Source: Sulfurimonas sp. RIFOXYD12_FULL_33_39
GTDB lineage: Bacteria > Campylobacterota > Campylobacteria > Campylobacterales > Sulfurimonadaceae
Assembly (NCBI RefSeq): GCF_001829785.1
Contig: NZ_MICF01000010.1
Length of the DNA stretch: 64,000 bases
Strand: one strand, 5' to 3'
Shown here: one piece after another, positions 12,040 through 20,487 of the stretch
Layout of the letters: the number at the start of each line of letters is the position of its first letter
Numbering within the stretch: the first letter of the stretch is position 1
Program-made: the position numbers and the translations under genes
The notes under the pieces: generated by a model
What the model was told of the DNA's origin: nothing
Database searches by the model: none
What the model saw: the letters and a program-made list of their open reading frames with translations, nothing else

Positions 12040-13143
12040 TTGTCATTAAACTTAAAAACATATACCGAACATTTTACAAACCCGCTCTATTTGGAAAGCG
12101 GACGTATTTTAGAACCGTATGATATAACTTACGAGACTTACGGCGAGCTTAACGATGACAAAAGCAATGTTATTGTTATCTGTCATGCACTTACCGGTTC
12201 TCATCATTGTGCGGGAACTTATGAAAATGACAAAAAACCAGGCTGGTGGGACAACCTTATCGGCAGCGGCAAAGCAGTTGATACCGACAAATATTTTGTA
12301 ATCTGCACCAATGTTCTTGGCAGCTGTTTTGGCTCAACAGGACCTATGAGTCCGCAACATCCGCATCATAACCCTTACCGTTACAAATTTCCGGTAATTA
12401 CTATAAAAGATATGGTAAAAGCCCAAAGAATCCTTTTTGACAGGCTCAATATTCATAACGTACATGCTATTATCGGCGGCTCTATGGGCGGTATGCAGGC
12501 ACTTGCCTTTGCAATTGGTTATCCTAACTTTGCATCAAAAATCATCTCTCTTGCAACAACACATGCAACCCAACCATGGGCTATCGCTTTTAATAAAATT
12601 GCAGGCGAAGCAATACTAAAAGACCCAGATTTTAAGCAGGGATACTATGAGATTGAAGATATTAAAAAAAACGGTCTCTCAGGCATGGCGGTAGGCAGAA
12701 TGGCAGGACATATCAGTTTTCTCTCACAAGAGTCTATGAAAAATAAGTTTGGCAGAGAGTACAAAAGTACCGACGGACTTTATGAACTATTTGGCAAATT
12801 TCAAGTTGAACTATTTTTAGAGTATAACGGTTATAACTTTACAAAATGGTTTGACCCGCTTTCTTATCTCTACATCACAAAAGCAATAAATATTTATGAT
12901 TTATCACGCGGGTTTGACTCATTAAGCGAAGCTTTACAAAAAGTTACTGCAGAGCTTCATCTTATTAGTTTTAGTAACGACCAACTATTTAAGAATTCCG
13001 AGATGAAAGAGATAAGTGACGCACTAACTCAAATTGGCAATAAAAATCATAGCTATGTTGATATACAGAGCGATTACGGACATGATGCATTTTTAGTTGA
13101 AGTGGATAAGTTTGAAAAATATATATCTGAAATTTTAGGTTAA
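12040..13143 (+). CDS. metX: homoserine O-acetyltransferase
   Basis: 367 aa alpha/beta hydrolase with the nucleophile elbow GGSMGGMQAL and the C-terminal YGHDAFL. TTG start. Confidence 0.92.
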   Translation: MSLNLKTYTEHFTNPLYLESGRILEPYDITYETYGELNDDKSNVIVICHALTGSHHCAGTYENDKKPGWWDNLIGSGKAVDTDKYFVICTNVLGSCFGSTGPMSPQHPHHNPYRYKFPVITIKDMVKAQRILFDRLNIHNVHAIIGGSMGGMQALAFAIGYPNFASKIISLATTHATQPWAIAFNKIAGEAILKDPDFKQGYYEIEDIKKNGLSGMAVGRMAGHISFLSQESMKNKFGREYKSTDGLYELFGKFQVELFLEYNGYNFTKWFDPLSYLYITKAINIYDLSRGFDSLSEALQKVTAELHLISFSNDQLFKNSEMKEISDALTQIGNKNHSYVDIQSDYGHDAFLVEVDKFEKYISEILG

Positions 13144-13153
13144 TTGAAGCCTT

Positions 13154-13591
13154 ATGAAACCTTTTATACTTTTATTTGTACTACTCTCTTTTTTATACAG
13201 TGCACAAATTGATGAGTTTGCAAATGGAGTCGGCTACTTAAGAAGCTACAATATGGCGCTTGAGAGTGCAAAAAAAGAACAAAAACTTATTATGCTTCTT
13301 GTTGTTTCCGACTACTGTCCTTGGTGTAAAAAGTTTGAGAGAAAAGTTTTAGAAAACCCTTTAGTTAAAGAGGCGGTAAATAGAGATTTTATAGCAGTAG
13401 CAATTGATAAAAATAGCGACAAAGGGAACTACCCACAAGAGTTTGCCGCTGTTATGATACCTGCCGTATATTTTATTGACCCAAAAACACAAAAGAGCAT
13501 ATATGAAGTTGTTGCTTATAGAAAAAAAGATGAATATCTCTTAAATCTAAAAGAAGCTCTTGAAATTTTTAAACAAAATGACAAACTATGA
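13154..13591 (+). CDS. secreted thioredoxin-fold protein
   Basis: 145 aa with a signal peptide and a CPWC redox motif (DYCPWCKKF). Confidence 0.7.
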   Translation: MKPFILLFVLLSFLYSAQIDEFANGVGYLRSYNMALESAKKEQKLIMLLVVSDYCPWCKKFERKVLENPLVKEAVNRDFIAVAIDKNSDKGNYPQEFAAVMIPAVYFIDPKTQKSIYEVVAYRKKDEYLLNLKEALEIFKQNDKL

Positions 13592-14025
13592 GAACCGTAC
13601 TATTTCTTTTTCTATTTGTAAATACGCTGTTTTCAGAATCATTTTACACACTTGATGGTGTAAAAAATCTAAATATATATTTAGCAAACAAAACAACGTT
13701 TTTAGGAAATGAAGAGAAGAGTGAAATAGAAAAAATTATTAAAACAAAACTTCAAGAGAGTGGCTTTATATTTGGAGAAGTTGACCCGATAACATTGGTA
13801 GTAAAAATCAGCTCAAAAGAAGTACATGATACTCAAGTCGTAAATATAGAACTAAGACTCTCTGAAGAGGTAACTACTCATCGCAAAGGCAATATTAAAA
13901 CCTATGCAGTTACCTATTTTAAAAGTGAACTCATAGAGACAAGCAGCCCTTACGAAGATACGATTGAGATAATTAATGCTATGCTTGATAAATTTATAAA
14001 TGCTCATAAAGACGATAACCAATAA
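13588..14025 (+). CDS. hypothetical secreted protein
   Basis: 145 aa with an N-terminal signal peptide. ATGA overlap with the upstream gene. Confidence 0.5.
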   Translation: MRTVLFLFLFVNTLFSESFYTLDGVKNLNIYLANKTTFLGNEEKSEIEKIIKTKLQESGFIFGEVDPITLVVKISSKEVHDTQVVNIELRLSEEVTTHRKGNIKTYAVTYFKSELIETSSPYEDTIEIINAMLDKFINAHKDDNQ

Positions 14026-14039
14026 TAAAAGGAGACAAA

Positions 14040-14231
14040 ATGGCTAAAGAGAGTGAAGATTTTGAATCAAAACTTGAGAGTGCAAAAAAAATTTTAGAGG
14101 CGCTTATGAACCCTGAAATAACTCTCTCAGATAGCGTAAAAGCTTATGAAAAAGGTATGGGCGAATTGGCAAAAGCGCAAAAGATACTTGAAGAAGCACA
14201 AGTTAAAATTACCGAAATAAAAGGTAAATAG
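14040..14231 (+). CDS. xseB: exodeoxyribonuclease VII small subunit
   Basis: 63-aa helical protein with the typical XseB N-terminus (FESKLESAKKILEAL...L). Confidence 0.8.
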   Translation: MAKESEDFESKLESAKKILEALMNPEITLSDSVKAYEKGMGELAKAQKILEEAQVKITEIKGK

Positions 14232-15028
14232 TGCGCGCCGCAGTACTTCAACTAAGTGCGCAAGGGATGAGTTCAACAAAACTCTATAACTATATCCGTA
14301 TTGCAAATAAGCAAGGTGTTAAAGTTTTACTTCTTGGCGAATATATATTAAATCCTTTTTTTAAAGAGCTTCAAACTCTCTCCGTAAGTATGATAAAAGA
14401 ACAAGCCCAGCATCAGATAAAGGTGTTAAAAGAGTTGGCATCTAGCTACAAAATAACCATAATAGCACCTTTGGTCATAGTAAAAAAAGGCAAGATATAT
14501 AAAACTATTGCCAAATTTGCTCCTAATTCGTCCTCATATTATCAACAACAGCTCCTTATCAACTATCCTCATTGGAATGAAGAAAAGTTTTTTGCAAATG
14601 AACAAAAAAAAATTGAGCTGCCTCTAATATTTAAAATTGACGGATTTAAATTTGCGGTAATGAGCGGATTTGAAATTCATTTTGACGAAATGTTTAATAA
14701 TCTAAGCTCAAAAAATATCGACTGTATTTTACTTCCTAGCGTATCTACTTTTGACTCTTACGAGAGATGGAAAGCTCTTGTACTCTCACGTGCATTTACA
14801 CACAACTGCTATATATTAAGAGCTAATAGAATCGGTGAATATGCAGATGCAAATAAAAACTGGAGTTTTTACGGCGACTCGCTTTTGGCTTCTCCAAACG
14901 GCGAACTTTTAGAACATCTCGGCAATAAAGAAGAACTTATGATTGTAGATATGAATCATAGTGAAATTATCCGTGCCAGAAAGTCTTGGGGATTTAAAGA
15001 TACAATAAGTAAAAGAGAACTATTTTAG
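14231..15028 (+). CDS. carbon-nitrogen hydrolase (nitrilase superfamily) family protein, divergent
   Basis: 265 aa with nitrilase-like layout (LLLGEY..., ...RANRIG...GDS...P.G). GTG start. See the finding on the catalytic residues. Confidence 0.65.
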   Translation: MRAAVLQLSAQGMSSTKLYNYIRIANKQGVKVLLLGEYILNPFFKELQTLSVSMIKEQAQHQIKVLKELASSYKITIIAPLVIVKKGKIYKTIAKFAPNSSSYYQQQLLINYPHWNEEKFFANEQKKIELPLIFKIDGFKFAVMSGFEIHFDEMFNNLSSKNIDCILLPSVSTFDSYERWKALVLSRAFTHNCYILRANRIGEYADANKNWSFYGDSLLASPNGELLEHLGNKEELMIVDMNHSEIIRARKSWGFKDTISKRELF

Positions 15029-15068
15029 TGCTATAATAGTTTCAAATAAGATACAAAAGGAGTACGCT

Positions 15069-15902
15069 ATGAGCTTTAAAATCAACAGTAATATTAGTGC
15101 TTTAACTGCCAATGTAAACTCGGGTATGAATTCTGCCGGAATCAATAAAAGTTTAGGTGCACTTGCTTCAGGTTCTATGTTAAATAGTTCTGCGTATAAT
15201 TCGGCAGGACTATCGATTGCAAATCAATTCTCTGCACAAGTTGCCGCAATGGGTCAGTCAATCATGAATTCAAATGACAGTATTGGACTTGTACAAGTTG
15301 CAGACGGTGCGCTTGAAGAGTATGGCGACATTCTAGAAAATGTTCGCCGTCTCTCTATTCAAGCTTCAAACGACACGCTAAACTCAGACGACAGAGCGAT
15401 AATCCAAAAAGAGATAGACTCGCTAATGTCATCAGCCGATGATATAGCAAAAAGTACTAAATACAACGGAATCAACTTGCTTGATGGAACCGGTGGAAGC
15501 GCAGGAGACGGGACGTTTGTAACTCACACCGGAGCAAATTCAGGTGAAAGTCAAAATGTCAAAATAGGCGATGCGCAAACTGCTTCAATTTTAGGCGCTC
15601 CAATTGATGTTACCTCACAAGCAGGAGCATCATCTGCAATAGACACGATAGACTCGGCAATAAACAGCATAAACGGGATTAGAGCAGATTTGGGTGCAGC
15701 TCAAAATCAGCTTATATCTAACATTAAAAATACATCTGTAACTCAAGTGAATATAGCTTCTGCCGAATCTCAAATGAGAGATTTGGATTTTGCAGCTGAG
15801 AGTGCAAACTTTTCTAAGCTAAATATTTTATCTCAAAGCGGCTCATTTGCTCAATCTCAAGCCAATGCTTCACAGTCAAGCGTTTTAAATCTTTTTAGGT
15901 GA
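15069..15902 (+). CDS. short flagellin-family protein (FlaC-like)
   Basis: 277 aa with flagellin N-terminal (LSIQASNDTLNSDDRAIIQKEIDSL) and C-terminal (LGAAQNQL...ESQMRDLDFAAESANFSKLNILSQSG) helical domains and almost no central variable domain. Confidence 0.85.
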   Translation: MSFKINSNISALTANVNSGMNSAGINKSLGALASGSMLNSSAYNSAGLSIANQFSAQVAAMGQSIMNSNDSIGLVQVADGALEEYGDILENVRRLSIQASNDTLNSDDRAIIQKEIDSLMSSADDIAKSTKYNGINLLDGTGGSAGDGTFVTHTGANSGESQNVKIGDAQTASILGAPIDVTSQAGASSAIDTIDSAINSINGIRADLGAAQNQLISNIKNTSVTQVNIASAESQMRDLDFAAESANFSKLNILSQSGSFAQSQANASQSSVLNLFR

Positions 15903-15911
15903 GTAGTTTTT

Positions 15912-16601
15912 TTGATTGATTATTTTCATAGACAAGTGCAGTTGTGGGGAGCGGATACGCAAAATCTGCTCCAGAGTAAAAAAATAGCTATTATTGGTTC
16001 TGGTGGACTTGGCAGTTCACTTGCTTTTGCACTTGGTTCAAGTGGTATAGGCAAGATTCACATGGTTGATTTTGACGAAGTCTCTACTCACAATATTCAT
16101 CGTCAGATTACTTTTAAAATAGGTGATGAAGGAAAAAACAAAGCTGTATTAAATGCTTTGATGATTGAGCAGAGATGTCCGTTTGTAAAAGCGACTCCTC
16201 ATGAGTGCAACTTTGAAGAGTTTATTAAAAAAAATATAGAGGTTGACTTAATCATAGATGCGACCGACAACCTCCCTACTCGCGCAGAGATAGATGAGTA
16301 TTGCAAAATCAAAAAATTACCTTGGATTTACGGAAGCGTAGAAGCATTTCATGGACAGGTTTGTTTTTTTGAAGAGTCATCTTTTAGAGATGCTTTTAAG
16401 ATAAGCTCGAAAACTCCAGAGGGAATTGCTGCTCCGATAGTTATGCATATTGCATCACTTCAAGCAAATCTGGCACTTAGATATTTAGCAGGGTTTAGCG
16501 TAAAAAAAGATTACCTTTACTACCTTTTTTTTAACGCTGATGGAGAGTTGGTAACTCAAAAATTTTCTCTTCCAAAATCATTTTTACACTTGCAAGATTG
16601 A
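15912..16601 (+). CDS. ThiF/MoeB/HesA-family adenylyltransferase
   Basis: 229 aa with a Rossmann motif (IIGSGGLGS) and DFDEV...NIHRQ typical of the E1-like family. Confidence 0.8.
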   Translation: MIDYFHRQVQLWGADTQNLLQSKKIAIIGSGGLGSSLAFALGSSGIGKIHMVDFDEVSTHNIHRQITFKIGDEGKNKAVLNALMIEQRCPFVKATPHECNFEEFIKKNIEVDLIIDATDNLPTRAEIDEYCKIKKLPWIYGSVEAFHGQVCFFEESSFRDAFKISSKTPEGIAAPIVMHIASLQANLALRYLAGFSVKKDYLYYLFFNADGELVTQKFSLPKSFLHLQD

Positions 16602-16880
16602 TGTTATAAGGAGAGTTGTCTTGTTTAAAATAAATGCAACTACAACGATAACTATTAAAAATCTTAATGTTTGCATGCGATTTTCACCAGATTCTTATTA
16701 TACTTTTTTATCATAAAACAATTTATTACTAGCGATAATCTCCTATATTTCTTATCTATAAATATCCAGAGTTATCAGGCGCCACCTAGAATAGTCTAAC
16801 TGCTCTTGCATGTATCCTAAGCTTAAAGAGATACTTTCGCTACTGCAACAACTATTCAATTATCAATTCTCATAGTTTTT

Positions 16881-17330
16881 CTATTTATTCTCTTTTAGCT
16901 CTCTTATAAACTCAATAGCGCTACTGCCTCTTAGTTTATCAACGGTTGTTAAAAGTCCGTCATTTAGATATTTTACGTTGTAGCCCTTCATTGTTAAGTA
17001 CATTCTAGCCATATTTGCTCTGTCGTTATGAGGACATGCGGTAATGATAAGTTTATCGCGAGGCAACTCACCGAGTCTATTTGGCAGCTCTTGCAAAGGG
17101 ATATTTTTGGCAAAAGGAATGCTCCATGCTTCTGCTTCTTGCTTGAATCTAATATCTATCAAAATTGCATCGTCCATTTTTATAAGCTCAAGCATATCGG
17201 TAGAGCTGATTTTCATATTTTTTATCTCTTGAGTGTTAAAACTCTTTAAATATTCGTCAAAATCTCTTGACTTCAAATCAGCTCCAAGAGCAAATATCGC
17301 CATTGCTAAAATCAGTACTATTTTTTTCAT
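16881..17330 (-). CDS. periplasmic rhodanese-domain protein
   Basis: 149 aa with a signal peptide and a rhodanese active-site Cys loop (ITACPHNDRA). Confidence 0.75.
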   Translation of the reverse strand: MKKIVLILAMAIFALGADLKSRDFDEYLKSFNTQEIKNMKISSTDMLELIKMDDAILIDIRFKQEAEAWSIPFAKNIPLQELPNRLGELPRDKLIITACPHNDRANMARMYLTMKGYNVKYLNDGLLTTVDKLRGSSAIEFIRELKENK

Positions 17331-17370
17331 TTTTATTTTCTCCTATTTTTTTGAAAATTCTATAATCCAA

Positions 17371-18045
17371 TTAGCACTCACAATTGCTTTTAATTACTTT
17401 TGATTTTGCAAGGGCTGCCTCTATCTCTTCTTTTTTAACCTCACCGCTGAGTTCAAGCAGCACTTCTCCGTCGTCTCCGCTTACCTGCATATCTTTTATC
17501 TTCTTTTTCGTATCGTCGCTCATGCACTCACATGTACCTGTTTTGCAGTTTTGCACCATTTTTACGACACTCTCTTTTTGCACTGCACCGCTGAACTTTA
17601 TTGCTACACCGCTCTTTAACTGAGTTACCACTTTTTTCATTCCAAAGAGAGCCTCTTTTACCTTTGGAAGAAGAACTTCCTCTATCTCTTTGTAAGTTGC
17701 AAGAAATGCCTCATAACCTTTACCGTCCGGGTCAAGAAAGCCTACATGTATCTTTTTTACAGGGCGAGGGAACATCGGGCATGTCTCGTTTGCATGGTCA
17801 CACACGGTTACTACCAAATCAAACTCTTCGTCTATAACCGTATCTAGCGTTTTAGAGTGATATTCGTCTCTCCAAATTCCTTTTTCTTCCAGTAGCTTTT
17901 TAGCGTTTGGATTTACTCTTCCGCTTGCTTTTACTCCGCTGCTCTTTGCTTCTACGCCATCAAGCTTTGCGTTTATAAGAGCCTCCGCTATAATGCTTCT
18001 GCAGCTGTTTCCCGTACATAAAACCAGTACCTTTTTTTTACTCAT
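17371..18045 (-). CDS. arsC: arsenate reductase (LMW-PTP/thioredoxin-coupled type) fused to a Cys-rich C-terminal domain
   Basis: The N-terminal ~135 aa carry the P-loop CTGNSCRS and the Cys pair VCDHANETCP. An extra ~90 aa follow, with CKTGTCEC and a terminal NCEC. Confidence 0.85.
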   Translation of the reverse strand: MSKKKVLVLCTGNSCRSIIAEALINAKLDGVEAKSSGVKASGRVNPNAKKLLEEKGIWRDEYHSKTLDTVIDEEFDLVVTVCDHANETCPMFPRPVKKIHVGFLDPDGKGYEAFLATYKEIEEVLLPKVKEALFGMKKVVTQLKSGVAIKFSGAVQKESVVKMVQNCKTGTCECMSDDTKKKIKDMQVSGDDGEVLLELSGEVKKEEIEAALAKSKVIKSNCEC

Positions 18046-18392
18046 AATTTACACTCTCCCGTTTGTGATGATTTTTTTAATTTCGGAATTTCGATATCAA
18101 GATGTCTTATCTCTTGCAGAGCTTCTGTTCTAAAGCGGTCAAGCGGACAACGCACAGAGTAGTACGCCCAAGTACCGCATCTCTCGACACGCAGAAATCC
18201 AGCCTCTTTTAATATTTTGAGATGGCGAGATAGACGCGACTGAATCATCTCAAGAGAGTTCTGCAAATCGCAAACGCAAGTTTGTCCATGCTCATCCAAA
18301 AAGCGCAGTATCAGAACTCTCGTTTCGTCGTTTAGTGCGGCAACACTTTTTAAAAAGATATCCATAACGAACTCCTTTTTGTTGAATTGCAA
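18042..18392 (-). CDS. arsR: ArsR/SmtB-family transcriptional repressor
   Basis: 116 aa wHTH with a metal-site-like CVCDL motif. 4-nt overlap with arsC. Confidence 0.85.
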   Translation of the reverse strand: MQFNKKEFVMDIFLKSVAALNDETRVLILRFLDEHGQTCVCDLQNSLEMIQSRLSRHLKILKEAGFLRVERCGTWAYYSVRCPLDRFRTEALQEIRHLDIEIPKLKKSSQTGECKL

Positions 18393-18418
18393 AATTGTAG
18401 CTAAATAATATTATTAAA

Positions 18419-18432
18419 TCAAGATATGTTGA
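18419..18432. promoter_or_regulatory. candidate ArsR operator (imperfect palindrome TCAAgATATgTTGA)
   Basis: 12 of 14 positions are symmetric, located in the divergent arsR / arsB intergenic region. Confidence 0.25.
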
Positions 18433-18605
18433 TATTTAGATTTAATTCTGCTATAGTTTCCATTATGAATTCTGATTTTACATTTTTTTTGACCGTATCA
18501 TTTTTAGGCTTTGTTTTTTTTGGACTTATATACCTATTAAAGAGATACTATATTTTGAAGAGTAAAAACAATAAAAATTTACATGAAAAAGATGAGGAGT
18601 AGTAT

Positions 18606-19868
18606 ATGGCATTAGCTATGTTAGTTTTTTTAATTACTTTAGTGTTTGTAATTTGGCAGCCGCGAGGCTTACCAATAGGCACGACAGCAGTTGCGGGAGC
18701 AGTTGTTGCTCTTGTTGTCGGGGTTGTAAGTTTTTCGGATGTTATTGCTGTCGTAGATATTGTTTGGGATGCGACTTTAGCTTTTATCGGGATAATTATT
18801 CTCTCTATGATTTTGGATGAGATCGGTTTTTTTGAGTGGGCGGCTATAAAAATGGCAAAGCTAAGTGGGGGAAACGGACACAAAATGTTTGTCTATATAC
18901 TGCTACTAGGTGCCATAGTCGCGGCATTTTTTGCAAATGACGGTGCGGCACTTATCTTAACTCCGATACTCCTTGCAAAGATGAAGTACCTAAAAATGAA
19001 GCCGCTAGCGATATTTGCCTTTTTGATGGCGGGCGGTTTTATCGGAGACAGTGCGTCCAATCCGCTTGTTATCTCAAATCTGACAAACATTGTAACGGTA
19101 GGCTATTTTGATATAGGTTTTGTAGAGTATGCTAAAAATATGTTTTTACCGAATCTGCTAAGCATTGCCGCTTCCATCGCGGTCTTATGGTTTTACTTTC
19201 GTAAAGACATTCCATTTACAATCGATGTCAGAGCGCTTCCCGAAGCTTCATCTGTTATAAAAAACAAAACTATGTTTAAATTCAGCTGGTTTTTTCTGGC
19301 ACTTTTAATGGTCGGTTATTTCATAGGCGATTACTATCATTTGCCTGTTTCAGTGTTTGCGCTCGGCGGCGCTTTGATATTTTTAGCAATTGCAAACTAT
19401 TACAAAGCGGTAAAACCCATTATGACGATTAAAGCCGCACCTTGGCAGGTAGTATGGTTTAGTATAGGTCTTTATGTCGTAGTTTACGGGCTAAAAAATG
19501 CAGGTCTTACAGATATTATTGCTTCATGGATAGATGAGTTAAACACCTATGGAACTACTGTTGCCGTTATAGGAACAGGTTTTTTATCCGCTTTTATAAG
19601 CTCCGTTATGAACAATATGCCAACCATTATGATTATGGATATAGCAATCGACAAGGTAGGTTATATAGGAAATGAGACTCTTGTTTATGCAAATATTTTA
19701 GGTTCAAATCTTGGACCTAAAATGACACCTATAGGCTCTCTTGCAACTCTTCTTTGGCTACATGTACTTGCCAAAAAAGGTGTGAAAATTTCGTGGAGCG
19801 AGTATATGAAAGTAGGACTCATCATTACTCCTCCCGTACTCTTTGTAGCGCTTCTTGGTTTAATCTAA
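18606..19868 (+). CDS. arsB: arsenical pump membrane protein (ArsB/NhaD permease family)
   Basis: 420-aa polytopic membrane protein with ArsB-like motifs (FFANDGAALILTPI, NNMPT, GSNLGPKMTPIGSLATLLWL). A GAGGAG RBS lies 8 nt upstream. Confidence 0.85.
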   Translation: MALAMLVFLITLVFVIWQPRGLPIGTTAVAGAVVALVVGVVSFSDVIAVVDIVWDATLAFIGIIILSMILDEIGFFEWAAIKMAKLSGGNGHKMFVYILLLGAIVAAFFANDGAALILTPILLAKMKYLKMKPLAIFAFLMAGGFIGDSASNPLVISNLTNIVTVGYFDIGFVEYAKNMFLPNLLSIAASIAVLWFYFRKDIPFTIDVRALPEASSVIKNKTMFKFSWFFLALLMVGYFIGDYYHLPVSVFALGGALIFLAIANYYKAVKPIMTIKAAPWQVVWFSIGLYVVVYGLKNAGLTDIIASWIDELNTYGTTVAVIGTGFLSAFISSVMNNMPTIMIMDIAIDKVGYIGNETLVYANILGSNLGPKMTPIGSLATLLWLHVLAKKGVKISWSEYMKVGLIITPPVLFVALLGLI

Positions 19869-19878
19869 ATTTTGACGC

Positions 19879-20376
19879 TTATAGTTTTGAGATATATTCC
19901 GAAAGAAGATTTATATCTTCAGAACTAAGCCCTGAGACTTGCCCTTTCATAACGCCTTTCATAGCTCCGCCGTAACTATCGTTTTTATATCCGTTTAGCG
20001 TTTCTGCTACTTTTTTGGCACTCCAACCTCTAATTATTTGAGATTTGCCTAGTGCCGCTTTTTCACCGCTCATACCGTGACATCCTGCACATGCTTTAAA
20101 AATTGTTTCGCCTGATTTTGAAGTTTCTGCAATTGCGACTTCCGCTTTTGCCTCTTCAACCTTTACAGACTCTGTATTTACAACTTCTTGCTTAACTTCC
20201 TCTTTTGCTACTTCTAGCTTAACCTCTTCTTTGGCTGCCGTCTCTTTTGGAGCTTCTTGTTTTACGACAATTTCCGGTTGAGCTTTTTTCTCAATATTTG
20301 CCGTACTTGACTCTTTATTATCTTGAGTACATCCTATAAATAAAACTGCCGCTGCAACTAAAATCAAACTTTTCAT
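19879..20376 (-). CDS. class I c-type cytochrome lipoprotein
   Basis: 165 aa with a lipobox (LFIGC), an E/K/V-rich low-complexity linker and one CAGCH haem motif in a c553-like C-terminal domain. Confidence 0.85.
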   Translation of the reverse strand: MKSLILVAAAVLFIGCTQDNKESSTANIEKKAQPEIVVKQEAPKETAAKEEVKLEVAKEEVKQEVVNTESVKVEEAKAEVAIAETSKSGETIFKACAGCHGMSGEKAALGKSQIIRGWSAKKVAETLNGYKNDSYGGAMKGVMKGQVSGLSSEDINLLSEYISKL

Positions 20377-20487
20377 ACTCTATCCTTTAGGTAAGTTGTA
20401 CACTATTCTAGCATAGAGTATATTCATTTATTTGCTCTTTATAGATTTTAGATATAATTGCGACTACTATAAAGGGCAATAAAAACT

